DNA from: a virus | Taxonomy: Duplodnaviria; Caudoviricetes | IMG/VR virus record: IMGVR_UViG_3300048996_000054 | Location: 1 to 54,493 of that record | Direction: 5' to 3' (one strand) | Length of the DNA stretch: 54,493 nt | Shown here: piece by piece, positions 44,035 to 53,151 of the stretch | How positions within the stretch are numbered: the first letter of the stretch is position 1 | Layout: each line of letters starts with the position of its first letter | The notes under the pieces: model-generated | Told to the model about the DNA's origin: nothing | Databases searched by the model: none | Seen by the model: only the letters and a program-made list of their open reading frames with translations | Translations under genes and position numbers: made by a program

Positions 44035-44225
44035 TGGCATCGGCCTGGGGTCAGGCGTGGGGTGCGGCCTGGGGCTCCAGCTGGGGCTCCGTCGCCACAG
44101 AAGACTCCGACGACGACATTACGTGGAGCTGGGCGCGCAAGCGGCGCGAGCACGAAGAAGCCGACGAGGAACTGCTGACGCTGGCCGTGGGCCTGCTCAT
44201 ATCCGGGGAATTTGAATGTCACTGA
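44034..44225 (+). CDS. small Trp-Gly repeat protein
   Basis: MASAWGQAWGAAWGSSWG...EEADEELL; TGATG-coupled. Confidence 0.65.
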   Translation: MASAWGQAWGAAWGSSWGSVATEDSDDDITWSWARKRREHEEADEELLTLAVGLLISGEFECH

Positions 44226-47200
44226 TCAGCTGTCTGCGCAAAGCCAAGAGCGTCATCCACGCCGAGGACAAGGCGGCCATCCTTGCGCTGGCGACGGAGT
44301 TCCGTGGCAAAGGGGAGAACGCCAGCGGCGCCGCGCAAAAGGCCATCGAGCAGCACATGGCCGCGGTGCAGGCCCAGCTGGAGGACGCGGAATCCTCGCT
44401 CCTGCCGGGCCTGCAGAAGACCATCGCCGCGCAGGCTGTCGAAGCGCTCACCCGCGCCGGCCTGGGCAACCTGAAGCTGGTGGAATCGGTCGACCAGCTC
44501 CCGGAGTCCGCGCAGCGCAAGATCAAGTCCGAGGGCCAAGCCGGCACGCGCGGCATGTACGACCCGGAGACGGACACCACGTACCTGGTGCGGCAGAACA
44601 TCGCCAGCCTGGATGAAGCCTTCTGGGTGGGCCTGCATGAGGCCTTTCACCGAGGACTGCGCAAGACCGTAGGGGCGGAGGTGGAGCCGCTGCTGCAAGC
44701 CATCCACGACGGCAACCCGCGCGTGCAGGCGCTGGCGGCGCGGTACATGGAGCAGCAGAACATCCCGCTGGCCGAAGCCATCGAGGAAGTGCTGGCGGAC
44801 ATGGCGGGGCAGGGCGAGGTGGGGAACCTCAAGGGCTGGGACCAGCTGCTCGCCTTCCTGAAGGACGCAATCACCAAGCTCGCCGCCGCCGCTGGGGTGA
44901 AGCTGGAAGTCACCGACCAGATGGTGACGGACCTGGTGGCTGGAATGCGCCGGGCTGGAATGCAGGACCATTCCGGTGACGTCACCAACATGGTCAGCCA
45001 AGGTCCCAAGGGCACCCTCTCCTTCGGCAACGACATCACCGCCGTCCCTTCGATCATCGCCCTGATGGAAGGCGCCGACCTGTCGACCTTTTTGCACGAG
45101 GGCGGGCATTTCTTCCTCGAGGTGCAGGCCGACCTTGCCGCCCGAATCCAGCGCCGCACCTTCAACGAGCAGTACACCGGTGAGCCGGTCAGCGACTCCG
45201 AGCGCCAGATCGTCAAGGACATGGAGGCCATCCTCGGCTGGTTTGGCATCACCGGCACGCCGGAGCAATCGGCTCTGGACACCTGGGCCAGCATGACGCT
45301 GGAGGAAAAGCGCGAGCATCACGAGAAGTGGGCCCGGGGCTTCGAGCGCTACGCCATGGAAGGCAAGGCGCCGAGCCAGGACCTGCAGGGCCTGTTCTCC
45401 AAGTTCCGCGCGTGGCTGGTGTCGGTCTACAAGGCGCTGGCCGGGCTGAACGTCGAACTGACCCCGGAAGTGCGGCAGGTGATGGACCGCATGCTCGCCA
45501 GCGACGAAGCCATTGCCGAAGCGCAGATGGCCCGGAACATGGGCCCGCTGTTCGAGAGCCCGGAAGCGGCCGGCATGACGCCGGTGCAGTACCAGGAGTA
45601 CCAGGCGCTGGGCGAGCGGCAGACGGCCGAGGCCGCGGCGGAACTGGACGCCCGGCTGCTCAAGGACATGAAGTGGCTGTCCAAGGCGCGCGACAGGGCG
45701 ATGAAGGCCAAGCAGGAGGAGGCGGAGGATCTGCGCCGCGAGGTGCGGATGGAGGTCACCACCGATGTGATGGCGCGGCCGGTCTACCGAGCCTGGGCGT
45801 TTCTGACCAGCAAGGCCGAATACTTCGTCGAGCCTGGCCTTCAAATGGCCGAGACGGTCGACGCCACCCGGCAATCGGGCAAGCTGCGCACCAGCTACCT
45901 GAAGGAAAGCCACCCCGAGCAGTGGAAGACTCTGTCCGAGCGCCGCATGACCAGCGAGGAGCGGGGCCTGGACCCGGACTACGTGGCCGACGTGATCGGC
46001 TTCAGCTCCGGCGACGAGATGGTGCAGGCGCTGGCTTCCGCGCCAGCGCCGAAGCAGCTCATCGAGGAGATGGTCGATCAGCAGATGCTGGAGCGCTACG
46101 GCGACATCACCAGCGACGAGGCCCTGCAGCGCGCGGCCGACGAGGCGGTGCACAACGAGGTCCGCGCCCGGGTGGTTGCCACGGAACTGAAGGCGCTGGA
46201 GAAGGCGGGCAAGGTGCGGACGGGCCCGCGCAGCACGGTCGACGCCATGGCACGGGCGGCCAAGGAATACGCCTACCAGGTGATCGCCGGCCAGCGCGTG
46301 CGCGATCTTCGCCCGAGCCAGTATTCGGCGGCGCAGGCGCGCTCGGCCCGGCTCGCGCAGCAGGCACTGGGCAAGAGCACCGAAGAAGCGGCGATGCACA
46401 AGCGCAACGAGCTGATCAACGGCTACGCGGCCAAGGCTGCCTACGACGCGCAGGAAGAGGTCCGGTCGCTGCAGAAGTACATGCGCAAGTTCGACAAGCG
46501 CATAGACGGCATCGACCCCGGGTACCAGGACCAGATCGAGCAGCTGCTGGAGGGTTACGACTTCAAGCCAGCCAGCCTGAAGGCGATCGACAAGCGCAAG
46601 GCGTTTGCCGAGTGGTACGCCGAGCACAAGAACGACGACAACCCGCCGGTGGTGCCGCAGGAACTGATCGACGGCATGGGCCGCAAGTCGTTCAAGAACA
46701 TGACGGTGGAGGAATTGCGGGGCCTGCGCGACACCGTCAAGCAGATCGAGCACCAGGGCCGGCTGAAGAAGAAGCTGCTGCTTGCGCGCGATGCCAGGGA
46801 CTTCGAAGCCATCGCCAAGGAGATCGCCGCCTCCATCGTGGAGCACGGAGGCGAAGCGCGCGAGGTGAAGCTGGAGGGCGAGAACGCGGTGGTGGACTGG
46901 TTCGCCGGGGTTGCAGCCTCGCATCGCAAGCTGGCCAGCCTGTTCCGCCAGATGGACGGCAACAAGGACGCCGGGCCTCTATGGGAGCACATCGGCCGGG
47001 CCATGAACGAGCGCGGCACCATGGAAGACGTGATGGTGGAGCGCGCCACCATGCAGCTGCGCGAGCTCTACGCACCTCTGCTGAAGATGCGCGGCGGCAT
47101 CTCCGGGTTCCGCTCCAAGGTCTTTATCCCCGAGATCAACGCCAGCCTCACGCGCGGCGGCCGACTGGCGGTGGCGCTGAACTGGGGCAATGAGGCGAAC

Positions 47201-48820
47201 CGCCAGCGCGTGATGGACGGCGACAAATGGTCCGTCGGCCAGGTGCAGGCGATCCTGAAGACGCTCTCGCGCCAGGAGCTCGACTTCGTCAACAAGGTGT
47301 GGGAGTTCCTCGACTCCTACTGGCCGGAGGTGGCCGCCAAGGAAAAGCGCCTGACCGGCGTGGAGCCTGAGAAGGTCGAAGCGGTCCCGTTCAATCTCTC
47401 CCTGCCCGACGGCACCGAGGTGGCGATGCGCGGCGGCTACTACCCGCTGAAGTACGACACCGACCGCAGCGACCGGGCCGAGCAGCAGGAAGCCGCGCAG
47501 GCAGCCAAGGAGATGATGCAGGGCGTCTTCACCAAGGCCACCACCCGCCGCGGCCATACCAAGGAACGGCTGGAGGATGTCAAGCGCGCGGTGCGCAAAG
47601 ACCTGAACGTGATAACCCAACACGTGACGCAGGTGGTGCACGACCTGACCTGGCACGAGTGGCTGATCGACACCAACAAGCTGCTGGACGACGACGGCAT
47701 CAAGGAGGCCATCCGCGCGCACTACGGCCCCAAGGTCCTGAAGACCATCCGCGACGACGTCCTGGGCATCGCCACGGCCGACGTCGTGCCGCAGACGGAC
47801 ATCGACAAGGCGCTGCTGATGCTGCGATCCAACGTGAGCCGCGCGACCATGGGCGCGTCCCTGACGACCGCCTTCCTGCAGCCGTTCGGCCTCACGCAAT
47901 CCATCGTTCGCATCGGCGGCCGGCACGTGCTGCGCGGTATGGCGCGGTGGGGAGGCGACGCGGCCAGGATGGAAAGCACCCTGTCCTGGATTCACGAACG
48001 CTCGGACTTCATGCGCCTTCGGGCCAAGACCTTCAATCGGGAACTGCGGGAGATCCAAGGCTCCGTGGCCGGCAAGTCAGCCACCATGCGGGTGGTCGAC
48101 GCAGGCCTCTTCGTGATGATGCAGAAGATGCAGATGGTGGCGGACGTGCCGACCTGGCTGGGCCAGTACGAGAAGTCGCAGGCGGAAGGGCTGGACGAGG
48201 CCGCCTCCGTCGCCATGGCCGACCGGGCGGTGCTCGAGGCCCAGGGCGGCGGCCAGACCAAGGACCTGGCAGAAGTGCAGCGCAAGCACCCCATGCTGAC
48301 CCAGTTCTATTCGTACTTCAGCACTACCCTGAACCTCGCCGCGGAAAGCACGGCGGCCACCAACTTCAAGCAGCCGGCCGCGGTGGCCGGCTGGCTGGGC
48401 GACATGGCGCTGCTGATGGTGGTGCCGGCCATCCTGCCGTCCCTCATCCTGTTTTCGTTGCGGGGCGGGGACGGCGATGACGACAAAGGCCTGTTGCGCC
48501 GGATGCTGGAGTGGCAGGTGAGCTACCTCCTGGGCACCGTGGTCTTGGCGCGCGAACTGTCCGGCGCGGTCTCCGGCTTCGACTATGCCGGCCCGCCGGT
48601 GGGCCGCCTGGCGACCGACATCACGAAGGCTGGCAAGCAGACCGCGCAGGGCGAAGTCGACGAGCCGCTGGTGCTGGCGTACATCAACCTGTTGGGGTCA
48701 GGCCTCGGCATCCCCACGGTACAGGCCCTGCGCTCCTACAAGGGCTGGAAGGCCTGGAGCGAGGGCAAGGAAGGGGCTGGGCCGCAATCCGTCTTGTTCG
48801 GGCCGCCCCCCAAGGATTAA
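44216..48820 (+). CDS. large polyvalent ejection protein, C-terminal part, with two zincin-like metallopeptidase motifs
   Basis: 1534 aa; RGMYDP...LHEAFH...EEVLA and ADLSTFLHEGGH...HEKWARGFERY; GGYYPLKYD; hydrophobic C-terminal region. Confidence 0.8.
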   Translation: MSLISCLRKAKSVIHAEDKAAILALATEFRGKGENASGAAQKAIEQHMAAVQAQLEDAESSLLPGLQKTIAAQAVEALTRAGLGNLKLVESVDQLPESAQRKIKSEGQAGTRGMYDPETDTTYLVRQNIASLDEAFWVGLHEAFHRGLRKTVGAEVEPLLQAIHDGNPRVQALAARYMEQQNIPLAEAIEEVLADMAGQGEVGNLKGWDQLLAFLKDAITKLAAAAGVKLEVTDQMVTDLVAGMRRAGMQDHSGDVTNMVSQGPKGTLSFGNDITAVPSIIALMEGADLSTFLHEGGHFFLEVQADLAARIQRRTFNEQYTGEPVSDSERQIVKDMEAILGWFGITGTPEQSALDTWASMTLEEKREHHEKWARGFERYAMEGKAPSQDLQGLFSKFRAWLVSVYKALAGLNVELTPEVRQVMDRMLASDEAIAEAQMARNMGPLFESPEAAGMTPVQYQEYQALGERQTAEAAAELDARLLKDMKWLSKARDRAMKAKQEEAEDLRREVRMEVTTDVMARPVYRAWAFLTSKAEYFVEPGLQMAETVDATRQSGKLRTSYLKESHPEQWKTLSERRMTSEERGLDPDYVADVIGFSSGDEMVQALASAPAPKQLIEEMVDQQMLERYGDITSDEALQRAADEAVHNEVRARVVATELKALEKAGKVRTGPRSTVDAMARAAKEYAYQVIAGQRVRDLRPSQYSAAQARSARLAQQALGKSTEEAAMHKRNELINGYAAKAAYDAQEEVRSLQKYMRKFDKRIDGIDPGYQDQIEQLLEGYDFKPASLKAIDKRKAFAEWYAEHKNDDNPPVVPQELIDGMGRKSFKNMTVEELRGLRDTVKQIEHQGRLKKKLLLARDARDFEAIAKEIAASIVEHGGEAREVKLEGENAVVDWFAGVAASHRKLASLFRQMDGNKDAGPLWEHIGRAMNERGTMEDVMVERATMQLRELYAPLLKMRGGISGFRSKVFIPEINASLTRGGRLAVALNWGNEANRQRVMDGDKWSVGQVQAILKTLSRQELDFVNKVWEFLDSYWPEVAAKEKRLTGVEPEKVEAVPFNLSLPDGTEVAMRGGYYPLKYDTDRSDRAEQQEAAQAAKEMMQGVFTKATTRRGHTKERLEDVKRAVRKDLNVITQHVTQVVHDLTWHEWLIDTNKLLDDDGIKEAIRAHYGPKVLKTIRDDVLGIATADVVPQTDIDKALLMLRSNVSRATMGASLTTAFLQPFGLTQSIVRIGGRHVLRGMARWGGDAARMESTLSWIHERSDFMRLRAKTFNRELREIQGSVAGKSATMRVVDAGLFVMMQKMQMVADVPTWLGQYEKSQAEGLDEAASVAMADRAVLEAQGGGQTKDLAEVQRKHPMLTQFYSYFSTTLNLAAESTAATNFKQPAAVAGWLGDMALLMVVPAILPSLILFSLRGGDGDDDKGLLRRMLEWQVSYLLGTVVLARELSGAVSGFDYAGPPVGRLATDITKAGKQTAQGEVDEPLVLAYINLLGSGLGIPTVQALRSYKGWKAWSEGKEGAGPQSVLFGPPPKD

Positions 48821-48828
48821 CCCCGACC

Positions 48829-48857
48829 TTGCACACCTGAGCCATAACCCGGAAAAT
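48829..48857 (+). promoter_or_regulatory. late promoter copy B
   Basis: TTGCAC-17-GAAAAT; spacer resembles that of copy A. Confidence 0.6.
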
Positions 48858-48863
48858 GACACC

Positions 48864-48946
48864 TGCCCGCGCAAGGGCACATGAACAACTCGGAACGCGC
48901 CGCTTGAAACACAGCGGCGAAGAACTTAGGGGATAGCCGTCCCCGC
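48864..48946 (+). ncRNA. three-hairpin structured leader, copy B
   Basis: Stems TGCCC/GGGCA, CGCCGCT/AGCGGCG, GGGGAT/GTCCCC. Confidence 0.55.
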
Positions 48947-48949
48947 TCG

Positions 48950-48980
48950 AAACCCGCCTAGTGCGGGTTTTGTCGTTTCT
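48950..48980 (+). terminator. intrinsic terminator
   Basis: AAACCCGC-ctagt-GCGGGTTT-TGTCGTTTCT. Confidence 0.8.
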
Positions 48981-49082
48981 GGCTTGGGATAGGCTGGCCG
49001 GCCGACAAGGGGTGAACGCACCGCCCTTTCCCAGAGTCTTCGTGCGGCCTTGCGCCACTCGGCGCGTGTAAAGGCAAACCCC

Positions 49083-49517
49083 ATGTTGGAAATTCTTCTG
49101 GACCCAGAGGACGCGCACCTGTGGCCGCTTCCTTGGTACATCAACGGCGGCTACATCCGGCGCACCTACTACGACCAAGACGGTAGTCACCGCCACGAGT
49201 TTTTGCATCGCGCGGTTCTTTCCGTGCCGGTAGGCCACGTTATCGACCACATCAACGGCAACACGTTGGACAACAGGCGCTGCAACTTGCGCGTGTGCAC
49301 TCCGGGCGAAAACGCAAAGAACCGCGGTCCGTACAAGAACAACACAACCCGGTTCAAAGGCGTTTGTTACGTGGCGAGGCTGGGAAAGTTCCGGGCTTCT
49401 ATTGGATGCGACGGCATCAAGCATCGCCTTGGGTGGTTCGACACCGCGGAAGCAGCTGCTGCTGCCTACAACAAAGCTGCGCTCGACCTTCACGGCGAGT
49501 TTGCGCGCTTGAACTGA
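49083..49517 (+). CDS. HNH-AP2 homing endonuclease
   Basis: LHR.V....IDHINGNTLDNRRCNLR.CT..EN..N; FKGV...F.ASI...LG.FDTAE.AA.AYN.AA..LHGEFA. Confidence 0.92.
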   Translation: MLEILLDPEDAHLWPLPWYINGGYIRRTYYDQDGSHRHEFLHRAVLSVPVGHVIDHINGNTLDNRRCNLRVCTPGENAKNRGPYKNNTTRFKGVCYVARLGKFRASIGCDGIKHRLGWFDTAEAAAAAYNKAALDLHGEFARLN

Positions 49518-49555
49518 ATTTTTAGTTTCTGCGCCTTGCGCGCCAGGAGCAGCCT

Positions 49556-51694
49556 ATGCCTGCAACCGCTACTGACCGGCTCTACGGGTTAACCACTAGT
49601 ACAGCAATAAAACCCCCATGCTTGGTCGCCACCACCGCCAACATCGCTTTGACCGGTCTCCAGACCATCGACGGCGTGGTGCTGGCGGCCAACGACCGGG
49701 TGCTGGTGAAGAACCAGACCAACACCACAACGAACGGCATCTACGAGGCCAACACCTCCGGGTGGAGCCGCGCGCCTGACTTCGATGGGGTGCGCGACGC
49801 GGTGAGCGGCACGCTGGTGATCGTGCGTAACGGCACTGACAACGGTAACACCGTCTGGGAACTGACCACGGCCAACCCGGTGGCGATCGGCACGGACGCG
49901 CTCACCTTCACCAAGGCGCTGCTGGACGACACGGCCACTGCTGTCTTCATCCAAAACGGGACCGGCGCAGTCGAACAAACCGCTCAGGACAAGCTGCGCG
50001 ACTGGGGCACGGCGGAGGGGTACGGCGCACTGGGCGACGGCGCGACCGACGACACTGCCGCCATCATCAAGTGCCTTAACGCCAAGGGCGCCTGCTACCT
50101 GATCCCCGGCAAGACCTACGTTTGCGACAACGTAATCCTTCCCGCCGGGGCCTGCATCTTCAGCGTGGGACGAGCCGCCACCCTCAAGCAGAAGTTCGCG
50201 GTCGCCAGCACTGGCATGCTGTACGCAAACAGCGGCTCGGCCAGCGCCACGCTCGACAACATCAGCATCTTCGGCGTCACGCTGGAGGGTCAGGTTGCGA
50301 CTCAGGGATTCGCCGAGTTCGTGCACCTGATTTCGGTCAACGGCGTGCGCAACTTCAGGCTCGATGACTGCCTGCTCAAGGGGTTCCGTGGCGACGCGCT
50401 CTACCTGGGCTCTGGCATCGTCGCGGGAGATGAGCGGCACAACTACAACGTGCGCGTCACGCGCACCGACTTCGATGGCGTGAACAACGACAACCGCAAC
50501 GCGGTTAGCGTGATTGACGTTGACGGTCTGACCATCAAAGGCTGTGGTTTCAAGAACTGCACGCGCCCGAACATGCCGGGCCCCATTGACCTGGAACCGG
50601 ACGCCCTGCCGTTCCATGTGATCCGAAACGTCCGCATCGCCAACAACACAGGTGACAACATCGGCGGCAACGTGGGATTCGTTTCAGTGCTGGTGCCGGC
50701 GGCAGTCACTGCCGCTCCAAGGAACATCCGTGTTCTCAACAACACGCTCACCAATTACGTCGGCACCGGCGCATTCTTCACCTTCACCGCGAACCGCGCC
50801 CCCACGGCAACCAGCGAAAACAACGATGTTCAGGTGATCGGAAACCACGGCAAGACGGGCGGCCTGCCTCTGCAGATCTTTGACGGCAAGGGCATCGTCA
50901 CCCGAGACAACACATGGGAAGATTTCACCGCTTCGACCTTGATCGGCTACACGGGAGCGGCGCAGAAGGTCCTCGACCTGGAGGTGGACGACACCTACAT
51001 TCGCTGCGGCTCCAATAGTGGCAGCGGAGTGGTGGTGTATCAACTGGATCACGCCAAGATCAAAGGCAAGTTGGTCGATTGCGGAAAAGGAGTGGCAGGC
51101 AGCGCCAATGGCATCGACTTCAACACCGGAACCTCGTCGTACATCGACATTGAGGAGTTGGAGATTTCCTCGCCGACTGGCAAGACGCTGGTGGGCATCC
51201 AGAAAGAGGCCGGGCACACGTTCGCAGCTTCCACCAACAGGTATGTAAACAACAACCTGAATGGTCTCAGCAACGCTTTCCAGGCCGACTACTCCGACGA
51301 GCTGGAAACTGCGTGGCTACCTATCGTCACGGGGTCATCTTCGGCCGGCGCAGGTGTCTACACCGCCGGCCAGTACGGCCGGCTTCGGCGCATGGGCAAG
51401 AAAGCGAGCATTCGGGGCAAGGTGCAGGTGAGTGCCGGCCATACCGGCACCGGCATGATCCAAATTCCGCTCCCAATTGCCGCCAAGGCAGCCAGCAACA
51501 ACGAGGAGACGCCTGTTTCCCTGCTGGTCACTGGAGTGGCGACGACCGGCGGCCATGTAGGTCTCATCAACCCTGCGGTCGGGTCGACAGGGGCAATCCG
51601 CTGCTACTACACAGGCACTGGGACCATGGGGCAGACAGCGATCCCTGCCGGCGCGTTCACCGTCTACTTCAGTGCCGAGTACGAGACCGCCTAA
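49556..51694 (+). CDS. tailspike / polysaccharide depolymerase (beta-helix)
   Basis: ATTANIALTGLQTIDGV...DRVLVKNQT...NGIY...WSRAPD N-terminal domain; YGALGDGATDDTAAI pectate-lyase-like start; IDLEPD. Confidence 0.85.
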   Translation: MPATATDRLYGLTTSTAIKPPCLVATTANIALTGLQTIDGVVLAANDRVLVKNQTNTTTNGIYEANTSGWSRAPDFDGVRDAVSGTLVIVRNGTDNGNTVWELTTANPVAIGTDALTFTKALLDDTATAVFIQNGTGAVEQTAQDKLRDWGTAEGYGALGDGATDDTAAIIKCLNAKGACYLIPGKTYVCDNVILPAGACIFSVGRAATLKQKFAVASTGMLYANSGSASATLDNISIFGVTLEGQVATQGFAEFVHLISVNGVRNFRLDDCLLKGFRGDALYLGSGIVAGDERHNYNVRVTRTDFDGVNNDNRNAVSVIDVDGLTIKGCGFKNCTRPNMPGPIDLEPDALPFHVIRNVRIANNTGDNIGGNVGFVSVLVPAAVTAAPRNIRVLNNTLTNYVGTGAFFTFTANRAPTATSENNDVQVIGNHGKTGGLPLQIFDGKGIVTRDNTWEDFTASTLIGYTGAAQKVLDLEVDDTYIRCGSNSGSGVVVYQLDHAKIKGKLVDCGKGVAGSANGIDFNTGTSSYIDIEELEISSPTGKTLVGIQKEAGHTFAASTNRYVNNNLNGLSNAFQADYSDELETAWLPIVTGSSSAGAGVYTAGQYGRLRRMGKKASIRGKVQVSAGHTGTGMIQIPLPIAAKAASNNEETPVSLLVTGVATTGGHVGLINPAVGSTGAIRCYYTGTGTMGQTAIPAGAFTVYFSAEYETA

Positions 51695-51806
51695 CCGCAG
51701 GACGCACGAAAGGACCACACCCGTGACATCGGATGCTTGGCTAGGGTTGATTTTGAAAGACAGTGCCGCGCGCTCCGCTGCGGAAGACCCACCACTGGAG
51801 AGCGTG

Positions 51807-52031
51807 ATGGACGAACGACGACATGCCGCAAGGCACGGTGACGATGAGAACCGCTATTTGAGCGACGGGGACGTGAAGGCCATAGCGCTGGAACTGAAGG
51901 CGGCGTTCCTGAAGGACTTCTACATGGACCTTGGCAAGGGGACGTGGGCTGTGCTGTGGCGCGGCGCCGCCGCCGTGCTCGGCGTCATCGCCGCTTACGG
52001 GCAACTCAAAAGCTGGGGGGTGCTCAAGTGA
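51807..52031 (+). CDS. small membrane protein (holin/antiholin candidate)
   Basis: LSDGDVKAIA..L...F..DLGKG.W plus C-terminal TM. Confidence 0.55.
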   Translation: MDERRHAARHGDDENRYLSDGDVKAIALELKAAFLKDFYMDLGKGTWAVLWRGAAAVLGVIAAYGQLKSWGVLK

Positions 52032-52519
52032 TTCTCACCACCCTCCTGTCCCTCGGGTCCGGCCTCGGCTCCTTCCTGGCTGGTTCCGTCTTCCGAATGA
52101 TCTGGGGCGAGGTCTCCAGCTGGATGACCAAGAAGCTGGAGCACAAACAGGAGATCGAGCGGCTCGCGCAGCAGGAATCCTTTGCCGCGGCGCAGCACGC
52201 GCGCAACCTTGAGGCCGTCAAGCAGCAGGCCGATCTGCAGGTGCAGGTGATCCGGGTGCAGGGCGAGCAGGCGCTGGAGCTGCTGGACGCGCAGACCTTC
52301 GGCGAGGGCGTGAAGGCCACCGCCCTGATCACCGGCATCCGCATCATCGACGGCTGGAACGCCGCCATTCGCCCTGGTGTTGCCACGTGGGCGGTGGTGA
52401 TGCTGACGCTGGAGGCGTTCGCCTGGATCGGTGGCCTGAGCGCCGGCACGAAGGAAGTCATCTTCGCCGCTCTGGGCCTGTACCTGGCCGACCGCGCACT
52501 GGCGCGCCGGGGGAAGTAG
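52028..52519 (+). CDS. holin-like membrane protein
   Basis: N-terminal hydrophobic helix, coiled coil, AAIRPGVA plus 2 TM, basic tail; directly upstream of the lysozyme. Confidence 0.65.
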   Translation: MILTTLLSLGSGLGSFLAGSVFRMIWGEVSSWMTKKLEHKQEIERLAQQESFAAAQHARNLEAVKQQADLQVQVIRVQGEQALELLDAQTFGEGVKATALITGIRIIDGWNAAIRPGVATWAVVMLTLEAFAWIGGLSAGTKEVIFAALGLYLADRALARRGK

Positions 52520-52520
52520 C

Positions 52521-52961
52521 GTGGAGCTCCTCGACCTGGTGCTGGCGCTATGCCGCGCATTCGAGGGCTTCTACAGCCACCCGTACCTGTGCCCGGCCGG
52601 CGTTCCCACGATCGGCTACGGCGCGACCTTCTACGAGGACGGCCGCGCCGTCACGCTCAAGGATCAGCCGATCGATAAGGTTCGGGCCGAGCAGCTCCTG
52701 CGCTGGCACGTGCAGCAGCGGTTCCTGCCGGCCGCGCGCCGGCTGTGCCCTGGTGCGGACACCCCGGGCCGCCTGGCCGGCCTCATTGACTTCGCTTTCA
52801 ATCTGGGCGAGGGCAATCTGCGCGCCAGCACGCTGCGGCGCAAGGTGAACGCGGCCGAGTGGGAAGAGGTTCCCGCCCAGCACCTGCGCTGGAACCGCGC
52901 TGGCGGCCGGGTGCTCCGCGGCCTGACCCGCCGCTGTCAAGCACGCGCAGACCTGGTGTAG
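52521..52961 (+). CDS. endolysin, GH24 lysozyme
   Basis: FEG...PYLCPAGVPTIGYG, FAFNLG.G....STL..K.N, GL.RR. Confidence 0.93.
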   Translation: MELLDLVLALCRAFEGFYSHPYLCPAGVPTIGYGATFYEDGRAVTLKDQPIDKVRAEQLLRWHVQQRFLPAARRLCPGADTPGRLAGLIDFAFNLGEGNLRASTLRRKVNAAEWEEVPAQHLRWNRAGGRVLRGLTRRCQARADLV

Positions 52962-52964
52962 GCC

Positions 52965-53141
52965 ATGCCCGCCGCCCTCCTGCCCACCCAGCAACTCGTC
53001 GAGCGGCTTGGGCGTGAGGAGCAGCAGCTCAGGAAGCTCGGCCTGCACGCCCAAGCCGCCGGCATCCGCACCGCCATCACCGTCTTGCTGCGCATGGCCG
53101 ATGAGCCGGCGCAGCAGCAGTCCCTTGATCCATCAACCTGA
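52965..53141 (+). CDS. hypothetical protein (58 aa)
   Basis: Hand translation MPAALLPTQQLVERLGREEQQLRKLGLHAQAAGIRTAITVLLRMADE... Confidence 0.45.
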   Translation: MPAALLPTQQLVERLGREEQQLRKLGLHAQAAGIRTAITVLLRMADEPAQQQSLDPST

Positions 53142-53151
53142 AGGAGTCGCC

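Noticed and set aside
40360-44300. Split intein or self-splicing intron joining the two ejection-protein halves
   Set aside because: No Hint-domain blocks or His-Asn/Cys junction, and the interval is filled with coupled ORFs rather than intron core structure.
44219-46924. Long antisense ORFs (901 aa here; also 33169-35370, 36395-38227, 24366-26156, 8337-9971)
   Set aside because: Shadow frames of high-GC3 genes, with no motifs or RBS.
48850-48900. c-di-GMP-II riboswitch (GGAAA.TGA...GGGCAC.TG resemblance)
   Set aside because: The downstream GTGCAAC pseudoknot partner is missing, GGGCA pairs locally with TGCCC, and GAAAAT fits better as the -10 element.
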